Source: Desulfobacteraceae bacterium
GTDB taxonomy: Bacteria; Desulfobacterota; DSM-4660; Desulfatiglandales; Desulfatiglandaceae
Reading direction: 5' to 3'
DNA length: 58,538 nucleotides
NCBI GenBank assembly: GCA_030611815.1
Contig: JAUWPC010000001.1
Span: forward strand, 1 to 58,538
Shown: piece by piece, positions 17,184 to 26,972 of the stretch
How the letters are laid out: each line of letters opens with the position of its first letter
Numbering within the stretch: the first letter of the stretch is position 1
Notes under the pieces: generated by a model
What the model was told of the DNA's origin: nothing
The model's database searches: none
Seen by the model: only the letters and a program-made list of their open reading frames with translations
Program-made: the position numbers and the translations under genes

Positions 17184-20100
17184 ATGGTTTATACCACATC
17201 CCTTCCCAAAGAGACCCTTTGGCAAAAGGACCCTTTTCAATTTATAAACCCTGATGATTTTGATGCATTAGGGATCGATCCGGCATATGTCCCTATAGGG
17301 ACCTATGTCTCTTTCAAACACCCATCCCAACTACGGAGCAGATTTGGTGGCAATGCCTATGGGGTTGGCCTTTTTGAGGACTATGATCGACTCAAACCGA
17401 AAGAGATAAGACAACTCCATGCCATCAGCCTCGAAAATCCTGAAGAGATAAGGCTATTTTACAAGGAACTCAATGAAATATATCGCAAGATGGGGCTTTT
17501 GATCAGGTTTTCCAGCCTCGGGAAAAGGTATTACCTGATCCCCGTTCATCTCATATCCGATTCCCTTACCCACATCAGAGCCAGAGTAGACGAGATTAGC
17601 AAGATCGTCGGTTTCCACAGAAAAAAATATCTGAAAGAGTCTCATCGTATAGGTGTGTTGTCGCATCATGACGACTTAATCCTGAATGAGCTTTCTTTTC
17701 GCTTTATGGAGCACAATATTATCGTCTTGGACTCTCTCGATAAATTGTCTGGACTGAACCAGAGCCTGGACCTCGTCATACTGCCGAGCGATCTATACGA
17801 AATTGCCCTCATGGAGGAATTCAGCCCTCTTGCTCAAGAAACGCTTTCAAAAAGGCGGCTCGACCAGTATTGCACCAACATCCTCTGGAAGGTCCGCAAT
17901 TTGCTAAAAACAGACGGCGAAGTTTTTTTGATCGCAGACCATTTTACAGCCAAGACCAATCGAACCGCAGAACTCGTTTTCAAGACAGAGCAGGAAGAAA
18001 AAAACTTCGCGTTGTTCAGTCATATCTTTGGTACTAAGAAAAGATACAAGATCAAAGATCACACCGTCACAGCAAACATCTTTGATTTGCAGAAATATTT
18101 GAGTGGCTCTTATGTAGAGCAGGAAATTGTAGACACTTTACTTGGGGGGAAATCTCTTGAAAAAATGACCCTTGAGGAGATAAATGACCTGCCATATATC
18201 AATACGCAATTCGAAGATTGGCCTTTTTTTATTAACCAGGAAAAGGCCTGGCCCAAGCTCTTATCAGTTTTTTTTGACCGGGTATTTCTTAAGCCTGTGG
18301 TACCTGATCCAGTGAAAAAAGAGTGGAAAAAAAGATTTTCCTGTAGGGACTATTCCCCAAAATACATGATTATTTATTTGGGCCAGAAAAAACCTGTGAA
18401 GACAACTGTAGCGGATGTCAAAAAGGACGTCATTCGATCAAATCTGAGCGGTTGTCCCATTGAACTTGTCGCTGACTACAGGAACTCGTTCGAGTATCTG
18501 ATTCGGACCCTTACGATTGTTCAGGGGAGACTTAAAAGGGGGAGTTATCAGATTCTGCCGCAGGTTTTTATTGATCGCTTGAAATTGCCTTTGGAAAGCA
18601 AAAGCAGGAGATTCAGTGCACTTAACGATGTCATCAAACTCACAACAAAGATTAATCGCCTTGAAAAAATAAGGGGTTACCTGAACCCCGACAAGGTTGA
18701 AGGCTCAAAAACCAGACTGTTTGAAAATTTGGAGGCCCTGGCTCTCTTTGGGTTTACCCACAATGAACTGAAGGAAATAATCCTTATCGCCTTGGGACAT
18801 ACTGCCTTAGGCCGGATCATCTCCGGTAAGGTGACAGAAAAGGCCTTGAAACCTGTTTCTGACCTGGCCCGAACCTATGACCCGCAGCAGGCCCTTAACC
18901 TGCTCCGTTATTGCCGATTGATGACCTTGGCCGAAACAGAGGCGGCCCGTGGCTCTGAGCTTACTCATGAACAGCTCTCACAACTCTTTGACCTTTATGA
19001 ATCGACAGTAAGAGTTGTGGTCAATCAGGAATTGGACTGGGATCAGCTTTTGGATGAGAAAATAGCCTCCATAGGGGGGATACACAACAAAATTGTTCAA
19101 AAAATTCTCATGATGATGAATTATTTTGAGTTCCTCGATAACTGGGCTGAACTCAGGCAAAAAGGTGGGATGGAAAAAGAATCCTTGGCTGATTATGATG
19201 AACGGAGATTGGCCAGGATAGAGAACGTTATAAAACTTGTTAATAAAATGGAACAATTCGAAGAGATGTATCTCAAGTTCGACCGTTTGCAACTTCCCGT
19301 GTTTTACAGAAAATTTCTCGAATTGGAGTTCTATGGGACATGGCATCTCTTTGAGAGAATGGATAGTCAAAATGTCTTTGTGCTTCTCTGGATTGCAGTG
19401 AATGTAGCAGAGGGGGAAATCGTCAATTTTAACCCGGTGCTGGCTGATGTGGAGACAAGGGAAATCGAAGATCGGGTGAAAAAAATTGAGCAGGAGGCAT
19501 CGTCCGTCAATATTGAGCGCCTCGATCTGGCGATCCTCACACAGTTTAGAGATCAGTTGAGCCAAGAGAAATCCTCATTTATAATGGGGACCGGTTTTCA
19601 GCTAAGCATCTCATCAAAGACACAGGCATTGGAGATTGCCTATAAGGACATATCCCGGGATATTGAAAGGGTGGCCTCCCTGTCAAAAATAATATTTACC
19701 CGACCAATTTCCGAAATACCACAGGAAGAGCTGAAGAGCCTGGAGAAATTGTTTTCTGATCTTGAGACCTTTTTCCAAAGCCATCTCAGGGTCGTTAAGG
19801 AAATCGATTCTACATTGAAATTGCCTGCAAAGCAGAAGAGATGGTTTCAGGAGACCAAGGAACTTAGAGAAACCTTGAGATCAAATTTCCTGAGCGTCAT
19901 GTTTCGTCCTGAGCATCTATATGCTGATCTTGCCCTCCTTTTTTATAACGCGCCCTCTCTCTTGAATTTTCTGCTCCCCGAATTCATGGCCCTTCAGGAC
20001 CTCGATATCTCCGGACATATTTACTTAACTTCTCCTGTCACTAATTACATTCTTGCTGCAACAAGAAAATTCCAGGCCTTGATTACGCATGACAAGCAGG

Positions 20101-21893
20101 GTTTCCAGGACATAGACTTCCTGCACAGGTTGGCTCAAAAGGAATTTGGGCCCATGGCCACTGGCATCGTGGGACTCAGTGAACTACAGTTGGAAAACCT
20201 TGGGGAAATTATTGAGGGCTTTAGAAGCAACCCTGCCCTCGTTGACGCACTCGCCAAATCATTCATATTTCAGGATCTCGGAAGAGTGCCCGCTCTTAGA
20301 AAAAAGTACAGCGAAGAAATCAACCCGGCAGACCTGGCCGGGGCAGGCGCACTTTTTGTGGAAAGGGAAAAAATTGCTGAACGGTATGGTCTTAACGAAG
20401 ATGAAAAATCGTATCTTATTTTCTTGGTTAGGCATCACGCCTTGCTCCATCATACTGTACGGGGAGAAATATCGCTTTCTGCCATACAATCGATCCTCGA
20501 CCCCCATGACAAGGAACTCTTTGACGCATTTCTTGTATTTTCATTCATAATGCTTTCCGCAATCAGGGAAGATCTGATCCTTGAGGATTTAGCAGTCCGG
20601 TTTTTCCAGATAAGGGCCATGTGTCATAAGATAATTGATGGTGAAATGACCCTTGAAGGAGAGTTGAACAAGGTTTTTGAGGAGAGGGGTTCCCTTTTTT
20701 GCGCCCTTGAAAGGCACCAAACCGAAGGACTTCCTGAGGGTATTTCATTAGCTGATTACTTGGAATCAAAGGAATGGGAGGAAATAGATAGATCAAGAAT
20801 TCTCAGGGCTGGAAGGATGATTTTTGCGACAGAAAGGATCTTCAGGTTGCGGGGTATTAGGCATGTTGAATTCCAAGATCTCGCAAACCTTATGTTAGAG
20901 GTCCCCCTGAAATATATTCACAAGCAAAGAAAATTTCACAATGTGGGGTATGCGACTTTTGAAAAGGAGGTCTATGAGGCCTTTCGTATATACAGAACCC
21001 TTCAGAATTTAGCAGAGCCGGTGAGGCATTTCATGTTAGACCAACTCATCGGGGATAGAGTGCGTATCTTTGGATATGAGAAAGTAGGCGGTTATTTGAG
21101 CTACGAGAGCCAGGTTAAACTCCTCTTGGTGGGACTATTGGGAACAAAGAAGATCAGATCAAATGATGAGCCGGTCTCTCTAAGTTTTTTAGGCATGAGC
21201 GAAGAAATTGAAAAACGTTATGAGGCGGTTAATGACTGCCTGAACGAGCTTTCCATAGAGAAACTCTGGGAAGAGGGCTACCAGTTGACCCATCTATTTA
21301 GCGCCAAAACCGGGATCTTACTGAGGAAGGGAAGTTTTCCCAATTTTCTTTCCGTGGATTTTCAGGACCGCATATCTATCTCTCGTAAGATATCTTACCT
21401 GTCGTCTATTAATGATCTGGAACAACTGAAAAACTATTTTCATTACAGCTTAAGCTCTCTGCGAAAACATCTCTTTTATACGGATGATTATGAGCTTCTC
21501 CTTGAAAAGGCCTTTGAAAAGAGGATGACTGAAATTACGGATATGATATTGGACCGCGCAGAAAGACAGATGGGCCTGGTCAAAGATTTTGGAGATCTCC
21601 ATAATCTGGCAAATGACCTTCTTGATCGATCCTGGGATATCGGCTTTTCCCGAGAGCAGAAACACAGGCTGAACGATTTTTACGAGATGAGAAAGGATAC
21701 CTTGAAGAAGGAAAAGCTCTCGGAAATTGAAGGGATACTTGATAGCATCCATGATCCGCAGGAGTTGAAGGACTACTGGCAGAGCATCAAATGGTATCTG
21801 CAGGCAAACCGTCGATTTTTCGGAAAGGAGTTTGAAAATCTCATTGCCAAAAAGTTTGACGCTGTTAGCGCTAAGATAACTGGTAACCTTTGA
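17184..21893 (+). CDS. Very large (1569 aa) protein of unknown function with two degenerate HD/GlnD-like regions
   Basis: Single uninterrupted ORF with GGAGGA 11 nt upstream of the ATG. No Walker, nuclease or transmembrane motifs were seen. The regions LIALGHTALGR...LLRYCRLMTLAETEAA and FIFQDLGR...LIFLVRHHALLHH recall GlnD-type HD domains, but the HD dyad is substituted. Confidence 0.8.
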   Translation: MVYTTSLPKETLWQKDPFQFINPDDFDALGIDPAYVPIGTYVSFKHPSQLRSRFGGNAYGVGLFEDYDRLKPKEIRQLHAISLENPEEIRLFYKELNEIYRKMGLLIRFSSLGKRYYLIPVHLISDSLTHIRARVDEISKIVGFHRKKYLKESHRIGVLSHHDDLILNELSFRFMEHNIIVLDSLDKLSGLNQSLDLVILPSDLYEIALMEEFSPLAQETLSKRRLDQYCTNILWKVRNLLKTDGEVFLIADHFTAKTNRTAELVFKTEQEEKNFALFSHIFGTKKRYKIKDHTVTANIFDLQKYLSGSYVEQEIVDTLLGGKSLEKMTLEEINDLPYINTQFEDWPFFINQEKAWPKLLSVFFDRVFLKPVVPDPVKKEWKKRFSCRDYSPKYMIIYLGQKKPVKTTVADVKKDVIRSNLSGCPIELVADYRNSFEYLIRTLTIVQGRLKRGSYQILPQVFIDRLKLPLESKSRRFSALNDVIKLTTKINRLEKIRGYLNPDKVEGSKTRLFENLEALALFGFTHNELKEIILIALGHTALGRIISGKVTEKALKPVSDLARTYDPQQALNLLRYCRLMTLAETEAARGSELTHEQLSQLFDLYESTVRVVVNQELDWDQLLDEKIASIGGIHNKIVQKILMMMNYFEFLDNWAELRQKGGMEKESLADYDERRLARIENVIKLVNKMEQFEEMYLKFDRLQLPVFYRKFLELEFYGTWHLFERMDSQNVFVLLWIAVNVAEGEIVNFNPVLADVETREIEDRVKKIEQEASSVNIERLDLAILTQFRDQLSQEKSSFIMGTGFQLSISSKTQALEIAYKDISRDIERVASLSKIIFTRPISEIPQEELKSLEKLFSDLETFFQSHLRVVKEIDSTLKLPAKQKRWFQETKELRETLRSNFLSVMFRPEHLYADLALLFYNAPSLLNFLLPEFMALQDLDISGHIYLTSPVTNYILAATRKFQALITHDKQGFQDIDFLHRLAQKEFGPMATGIVGLSELQLENLGEIIEGFRSNPALVDALAKSFIFQDLGRVPALRKKYSEEINPADLAGAGALFVEREKIAERYGLNEDEKSYLIFLVRHHALLHHTVRGEISLSAIQSILDPHDKELFDAFLVFSFIMLSAIREDLILEDLAVRFFQIRAMCHKIIDGEMTLEGELNKVFEERGSLFCALERHQTEGLPEGISLADYLESKEWEEIDRSRILRAGRMIFATERIFRLRGIRHVEFQDLANLMLEVPLKYIHKQRKFHNVGYATFEKEVYEAFRIYRTLQNLAEPVRHFMLDQLIGDRVRIFGYEKVGGYLSYESQVKLLLVGLLGTKKIRSNDEPVSLSFLGMSEEIEKRYEAVNDCLNELSIEKLWEEGYQLTHLFSAKTGILLRKGSFPNFLSVDFQDRISISRKISYLSSINDLEQLKNYFHYSLSSLRKHLFYTDDYELLLEKAFEKRMTEITDMILDRAERQMGLVKDFGDLHNLANDLLDRSWDIGFSREQKHRLNDFYEMRKDTLKKEKLSEIEGILDSIHDPQELKDYWQSIKWYLQANRRFFGKEFENLIAKKFDAVSAKITGNL

Positions 21894-21907
21894 ACACTGT
21901 CGAAGAT

Positions 21908-21926
21908 CCCCGCACATAGTGCGGGG
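21908..21926. terminator. Hairpin between convergent genes (possible bidirectional terminator)
   Basis: CCCCGCA-catag-TGCGGGG lies 15 nt after the stop of the 1569-aa gene. The U-tract is weak. Confidence 0.45.
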
Positions 21927-21941
21927 CTACGTTTATGACCG

Positions 21942-23519
21942 TTAATCAAGCTTCTGGAATGCCTCTCTCCGGCCTGTGTATTTCTCCCTCATCTGGGGTT
22001 TCATGAGCTTACCCGTGGGGTTTCTCATGACCTGATCAAGGACCACCCTGCGTGGCACCTTATACATGGAAAGTCTTGACTTGGCAAATTCGATGACTTC
22101 CTCTTCTGTCATCTCTTCACCTTGCTTAACCTGTATAATAGCCATCACAATTTCCACAAGACGCTCGTCAGGATATCCTATGCAGGCGATGTCATCGATC
22201 TTGGGATGCTCCATCAAGGCATCCTCGATTTCCACCGGGAAGATATTCTCTCCACCGCTGGTTATCATATCCTTCTTGCGATCAACTATATAGAAGAAAC
22301 CTTCATCATCGGTTTTAAGAAGGTCACCGGTGTAAAGCCAGCCATCCCTAAGGCCCTCTTCAGTCATTTCCGGGTTATTAAAATATTCCTTCATCATGCG
22401 GGTTGTGGTGAATATTAGCTCTCCCACCTCACCGGGTGCCAATTCTTTATCAGAATCAACGATCTTTGCCTCAACACCAAAGGTAGGCTTCCCTATAGAT
22501 CCGGGTTTTCTTAGTACGTCTTCAGGATAGAGATTAAATGTGCCCCCTCCCCCGCCCTCGGTGATGCCATAGATATTGGAGACGGCGCATGGGAGTTTTT
22601 CAACAAGACTTTTCATGACATCAAAGGGTACAGGCTGTGCACCGATCTCCATATATCTCCAATTAGAGAGATCGTAATCTGAAAGGTTAATTGTACCATC
22701 CTTAATGGCGTTCAGGATTGCAACTGCAATTGGCACAACAAAGAGGACGTCCGTTCCCTTTTCCTCGGCTATGGCCTCAATGATCCATTTGGGGTCTTTC
22801 AATTCCGTAATCATGGTACCGGTAGCGCCTGTTGCGTAAAAGGGGGCCCACAGAAACATGGTCCCGCTGTGATAGAGGGGGAGGAAGAAGACATAGTTGT
22901 CGTTCTTCTCCACAAAATAACTCATGCCGTTGCCTATGGCTGTATTATTCAGGGAATAATGGGTGTGTAAAACAGGTTTCGGTTTACCGGTGGTGCCTGA
23001 GGTGAACATCATGGCCAGATTATGCTGATCATCCACATCCACCATCGCCTCTGAAATATCATCATAGGCAGCAATAGTCCTGTAATCGATCATATCGTCC
23101 GGCACCTCATCCCCTACACAGATGTACTTCTCTACGGTTGTCAGTTCATTTTGAACGGGTTGGACAACGGGAAGAAACTCTGAACCCAGCATAAACACCT
23201 TAGGATCACATACCTCAGCAGCATAGAGGATATCAGGCCCCACAAACCTGAAATTCAGAGGTACGATCACTCCACCGAGCTTGATGATGCCATAATAGGT
23301 GATCAACCACTCAAGAGAATTGTTCTGCAGGTGCATGACGTAGTCGCCATCCTTTACCCCCAATTCTTTTGACAGGTAATTTGCCACTTTATTGATGCCA
23401 TCATTAAACTCTTTCCATGTAAGGGTCCTCCGCCTGTTTATAGAAGGGGCCCGCTCAATCAGACATATCTTATCAGATAAATGACGGGCATGAATTGTGG
23501 CATATTTTGCGTAATTCAT
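21942..23519 (-). CDS. AMP-dependent acyl-CoA ligase
   Basis: 525 aa with MFTSGTTGKPK, YGITEGGG and GWLYTGD motifs. Confidence 0.9.
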   Translation of the reverse strand: MNYAKYATIHARHLSDKICLIERAPSINRRRTLTWKEFNDGINKVANYLSKELGVKDGDYVMHLQNNSLEWLITYYGIIKLGGVIVPLNFRFVGPDILYAAEVCDPKVFMLGSEFLPVVQPVQNELTTVEKYICVGDEVPDDMIDYRTIAAYDDISEAMVDVDDQHNLAMMFTSGTTGKPKPVLHTHYSLNNTAIGNGMSYFVEKNDNYVFFLPLYHSGTMFLWAPFYATGATGTMITELKDPKWIIEAIAEEKGTDVLFVVPIAVAILNAIKDGTINLSDYDLSNWRYMEIGAQPVPFDVMKSLVEKLPCAVSNIYGITEGGGGGTFNLYPEDVLRKPGSIGKPTFGVEAKIVDSDKELAPGEVGELIFTTTRMMKEYFNNPEMTEEGLRDGWLYTGDLLKTDDEGFFYIVDRKKDMITSGGENIFPVEIEDALMEHPKIDDIACIGYPDERLVEIVMAIIQVKQGEEMTEEEVIEFAKSRLSMYKVPRRVVLDQVMRNPTGKLMKPQMREKYTGRREAFQKLD

Positions 23520-23536
23520 GGGTACTTCTCCTTTTT

Positions 23537-24250
23537 CTATCCTCCCAGGTAGGCTTCCTTGACCCTGGGATTGTCTGAGAGTTCTTTGGCCAGCCCTTCC
23601 AGGACTATTTCACCCGTCTCCAGTACACATGCGTGGTTTGCAATCTTAAGAGCGGCCTTCGCATTTTGCTCAACGAGCAGGATCGTGGTACCTGTCTCGT
23701 TGAGTTTTTTAATGACGCCAAATATGTCCTTTACAATTATAGGGGCTAAACCCATTGAAGGTTCGTCAAAAAGGAGCAGTTCAGGTCTGCCCATAAGGGC
23801 GCGTGCGATGGCCAGCATCTGCTGTTCACCACCGGAAAGTGTCCCTGCAATCTGCTCGGAGCGTTTTTCCAAGATGGGAAACATCCTGTAGACACCCTGA
23901 ATTTTTTCGTTGATATCCTTGCGATAGCGCCGTTTGTGGTAGAGGTAGGCCCCAAGATGAATATTGTCCTTCACCGAGAGACGGACAAAAAGCTGTCTTC
24001 CTTCCGGCACCTGGGATATACCCAGGCCTACAATCCGATTTGCAGGGAGGTTGACAATATCCTGATTTTTAAAAAGAATCCGGCCCATTTTGGTTTTAAT
24101 AAGGCCGGAAACGGACTTCAGGAGAGTGGATTTACCCGCCCCATTTGCGCCTATGATGGAGAAGATCTCCCCTTTGGGTACCTTTATGGAGATCCCTTTA
24201 AGGGCCAGGATACTATTATAAAAGGCATTGAGTTCTTCAATCCTCAGCAT
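23537..24250 (-). CDS. ABC transporter ATP-binding protein (LivF-like)
   Basis: MLRIEELNAFY..., GANGAGKST, LSGGEQQMLAIARAL, LLLFDEP. ATG 24250 lies 1 nt after the upstream TAA. Confidence 0.9.
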   Translation of the reverse strand: MLRIEELNAFYNSILALKGISIKVPKGEIFSIIGANGAGKSTLLKSVSGLIKTKMGRILFKNQDIVNLPANRIVGLGISQVPEGRQLFVRLSVKDNIHLGAYLYHKRRYRKDINEKIQGVYRMFPILEKRSEQIAGTLSGGEQQMLAIARALMGRPELLLFDEPSMGLAPIIVKDIFGVIKKLNETGTTILLVEQNAKAALKIANHACVLETGEIVLEGLAKELSDNPRVKEAYLGG

Positions 24251-24251
24251 C

Positions 24252-25055
24252 TTAGTCTTCCCCTCCCAAATAGGCCTCAATCACCTTCGGGTCATTTTGT
24301 ACCTGTTCAGGGGGGCCCTCTGCAATCTTTTCTCCGTAGTTAAGTACCATGATTTCATCCGAGAGATCCATGACCACTTTCATATCATGTTCCACCAGAA
24401 GGACAGTGATTCCTTTCTCCCTGATTAACCTGATCAGTGAAGACGCCACTTGAGTTTCTGTCTCATTAAGGCCGGCTACGGGTTCGTCCAGGCACAAGAG
24501 ATCCGGTTGAGTGGCCAGTCCCCGACCGATTTCAAGTAGCTTCTGTTCGCCTAAAGGCAGACTGTCCGCAGGTTCGTTGAATTTATCCTTGAGATTGATA
24601 AATTCCAGGATATCCATCGCTTTTTCCTTGATTTTGTTCTCTTTTCTTTTTACCTGTGGCAACTTGAAACCAGTGGCCAAAAAGGATGACCGTATTCGGG
24701 TGTGACAACCAACCATAACATTTTCAAGGACAGTCATGTTGTCAAACAGCTCAACCGTCTGAAAGGTGCGGGAAAGTCCCCGGCTCGCAATATCGTGGGC
24801 CTTCAGGTGTTCAATGGCCTGTCCCTTAAAGCGAATTGTCCCCTCTGTTGGGGGAAAGAAGCCCGTAATGACATTAAAGAGTGTGGTCTTGCCCGCACCG
24901 TTGGGACCGATAATGGCCTTTATGATTCCCTTTTTCACCCGGAAATTCTGGTTGATAAGGGCCATTAGCCCACCGAAGGCCATGGCAACCTGCTCCACTT
25001 CAAGAATATTCTTTTCCAATGACTCTCTCACCTGAAATTTTAATTCCTGAACCAA
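24252..25055 (-). CDS. ABC transporter ATP-binding protein (LivG-like)
   Basis: GPNGAGKTT, LPLGEQKLLEIGRGLA, LLCLDEP. Confidence 0.9.
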   Translation of the reverse strand: MVQELKFQVRESLEKNILEVEQVAMAFGGLMALINQNFRVKKGIIKAIIGPNGAGKTTLFNVITGFFPPTEGTIRFKGQAIEHLKAHDIASRGLSRTFQTVELFDNMTVLENVMVGCHTRIRSSFLATGFKLPQVKRKENKIKEKAMDILEFINLKDKFNEPADSLPLGEQKLLEIGRGLATQPDLLCLDEPVAGLNETETQVASSLIRLIREKGITVLLVEHDMKVVMDLSDEIMVLNYGEKIAEGPPEQVQNDPKVIEAYLGGED

Positions 25056-25993
25056 CCCTTTATAATCCCTGGAATGCCTGCAAGACCATCGGGCAAAAAG
25101 ATGGTGACTAAAAGGAGGATTCCGCCATATACGATAATCTCAAATTCCCCAAAAAAATGCAGCCATTCATAACTTAAAAATGTAATCAGAAAAGCGCCTA
25201 TGATCGCGCCCCAGATTTGATGCATCCCCCCCAATGCGATCATGATTAATAACTTAATGGAAACGAAAAGGTCAAAGGTGGAGGGGTTTATGAAATTAAG
25301 GTAATGGGCGTAAAGGCTCCCTGCCAGGGATGCCAATACAGCCCCGTAGATGAATACAATTATCTTGAACCGGGAGATGTTAACGCCCATGGCGCTGGCT
25401 GCCGTCTCACTGGAATGGATAGCCCTCAGGGCCCGTCCTGTACGGGACTGTATGATATTTATGGTAAAGATAAAGGCGGCAAAAACAAAGGCCCAAACAA
25501 GGTAATAATATTTATTAACGGAATCAAATTGAAACCCGAAGAGGCTCAGCCCTGGAATACCGCGCATACCATCGGGACCACCGGTCAATTCAACTTCTTC
25601 ATTGAAGATGATGAAGACGATTATACCGAACGCCAGGGTAGCCATGGCGAGGTAATGTCCCTTTAATTTAAGGGAAGGCGCTCCTACTAATAAGGCTACG
25701 AGTGCCGATATCCCCATGCCGATCAACATGCAGAGCCAGGGATTCATGCCGTATCGGACGGTGAGGATGCCGGATGCATAGGCCCCGATACCGTAGAACG
25801 CCGCCTGGCAAAGTGATATCTGACCAGCATAACCCATAAGCAGACTGAGACCAATGGTGATCAGACAATAGATCCCTGCGAAGACCATGAGGTCGGGATA
25901 ATGGCCAATAGCAGGAATATGTTTTGCAATCCAGGGAAAGCAGATGATGATGGCAAAAAAGATGGCAATTGGAAGTTTACTGATTCGTAACAC
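25040..25993 (-). CDS. ABC permease (LivM-like)
   Basis: 317-aa polytopic protein with GYAGQISLCQAAFYGIGAY. Confidence 0.9.
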   Translation of the reverse strand: MLRISKLPIAIFFAIIICFPWIAKHIPAIGHYPDLMVFAGIYCLITIGLSLLMGYAGQISLCQAAFYGIGAYASGILTVRYGMNPWLCMLIGMGISALVALLVGAPSLKLKGHYLAMATLAFGIIVFIIFNEEVELTGGPDGMRGIPGLSLFGFQFDSVNKYYYLVWAFVFAAFIFTINIIQSRTGRALRAIHSSETAASAMGVNISRFKIIVFIYGAVLASLAGSLYAHYLNFINPSTFDLFVSIKLLIMIALGGMHQIWGAIIGAFLITFLSYEWLHFFGEFEIIVYGGILLLVTIFLPDGLAGIPGIIKGWFRN

Positions 25994-25995
25994 GC

Positions 25996-26898
25996 CTAAA
26001 ACCTTTTCATCTTGCTGATTTCTACGCTGCCTAAGAGTCCGCTGGGCTTAAAAAACAGAACAGCCAGAAGTACAATTAATGCAAAGGCATCCTTGTACGC
26101 GGAGGAGATGAGGCCGGCACCGAAGGACTCGATAGTCCCCATGATCAGCCCCCCCAGGATAGCGCCGGGAAAACTGCCGAGGCCGCCAAGAATAGCAGCC
26201 CCGAATCCCTTTATAGCCAGTGAGACTCCACGGTCATATTCCATTAAGGAGATGGGGGTGACGATTATGCCGGCAATGGCGCCGATGGCGGCAGAAAGGG
26301 CAAAAGAGAGTAAAATCATCTTCTTAGTGTCAATGCCCACAAGGCTGGCCGCATCCGGATTGTCTGCGCAGGCGCGCATGGCCTTGCCGATAATGGTGCT
26401 ATTAAAGAAGATGGACAGAGATATTGTGATGAGGATCAAAAAGCCTATTACCCAGAGATATTGGGGTTGGATTATGGCCCCAAAAAATGAAATGGGATCA
26501 CGCCCTGAGAAAGCCTGAAGGTCAAAAGGGTCCTTGCCCCAGATAACCATGGCCACGCCCTTCATCAGGATCGAGGCAGCAATAGTGGCGATAATCAGGG
26601 TAAGGACCGAAGGCTTTCTGATGGGTCGGATTGCAAGCCGGTCCAGTAGAATTCCCACCAGCATTACAAGGACAACTGTGGCGGGGAAGGCGATAACAAG
26701 AGGAAGGCCGGCGGAGACGTGAAAGACAACCATGACAAGGCCCCCCAATACGACAAACTCACCCTGGGCAAAGTTGATGATCTCGGTCACGTTATAGATG
26801 ATAATGAACCCGAGAGCCACCATAGCATAAATGCTGCCTATGGTGAGCCCGGTGATGAGATACTGCAGGAGCTGGGTTGCGAATGTGATTTTTTCCAT
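25996..26898 (-). CDS. ABC permease (LivH-like)
   Basis: 300-aa polytopic protein with a LivH-type N-terminus (LLQYLITGLTIGSIYAMVALGF). Confidence 0.9.
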   Translation of the reverse strand: MEKITFATQLLQYLITGLTIGSIYAMVALGFIIIYNVTEIINFAQGEFVVLGGLVMVVFHVSAGLPLVIAFPATVVLVMLVGILLDRLAIRPIRKPSVLTLIIATIAASILMKGVAMVIWGKDPFDLQAFSGRDPISFFGAIIQPQYLWVIGFLILITISLSIFFNSTIIGKAMRACADNPDAASLVGIDTKKMILLSFALSAAIGAIAGIIVTPISLMEYDRGVSLAIKGFGAAILGGLGSFPGAILGGLIMGTIESFGAGLISSAYKDAFALIVLLAVLFFKPSGLLGSVEISKMKRF

Positions 26899-26972
26899 GC
26901 TAATTCCGAATTAAAAAGTGAGGGTGGATATAATCTCACCCTCACTCTCTGATTTCCCTGACAGGAATCTCT

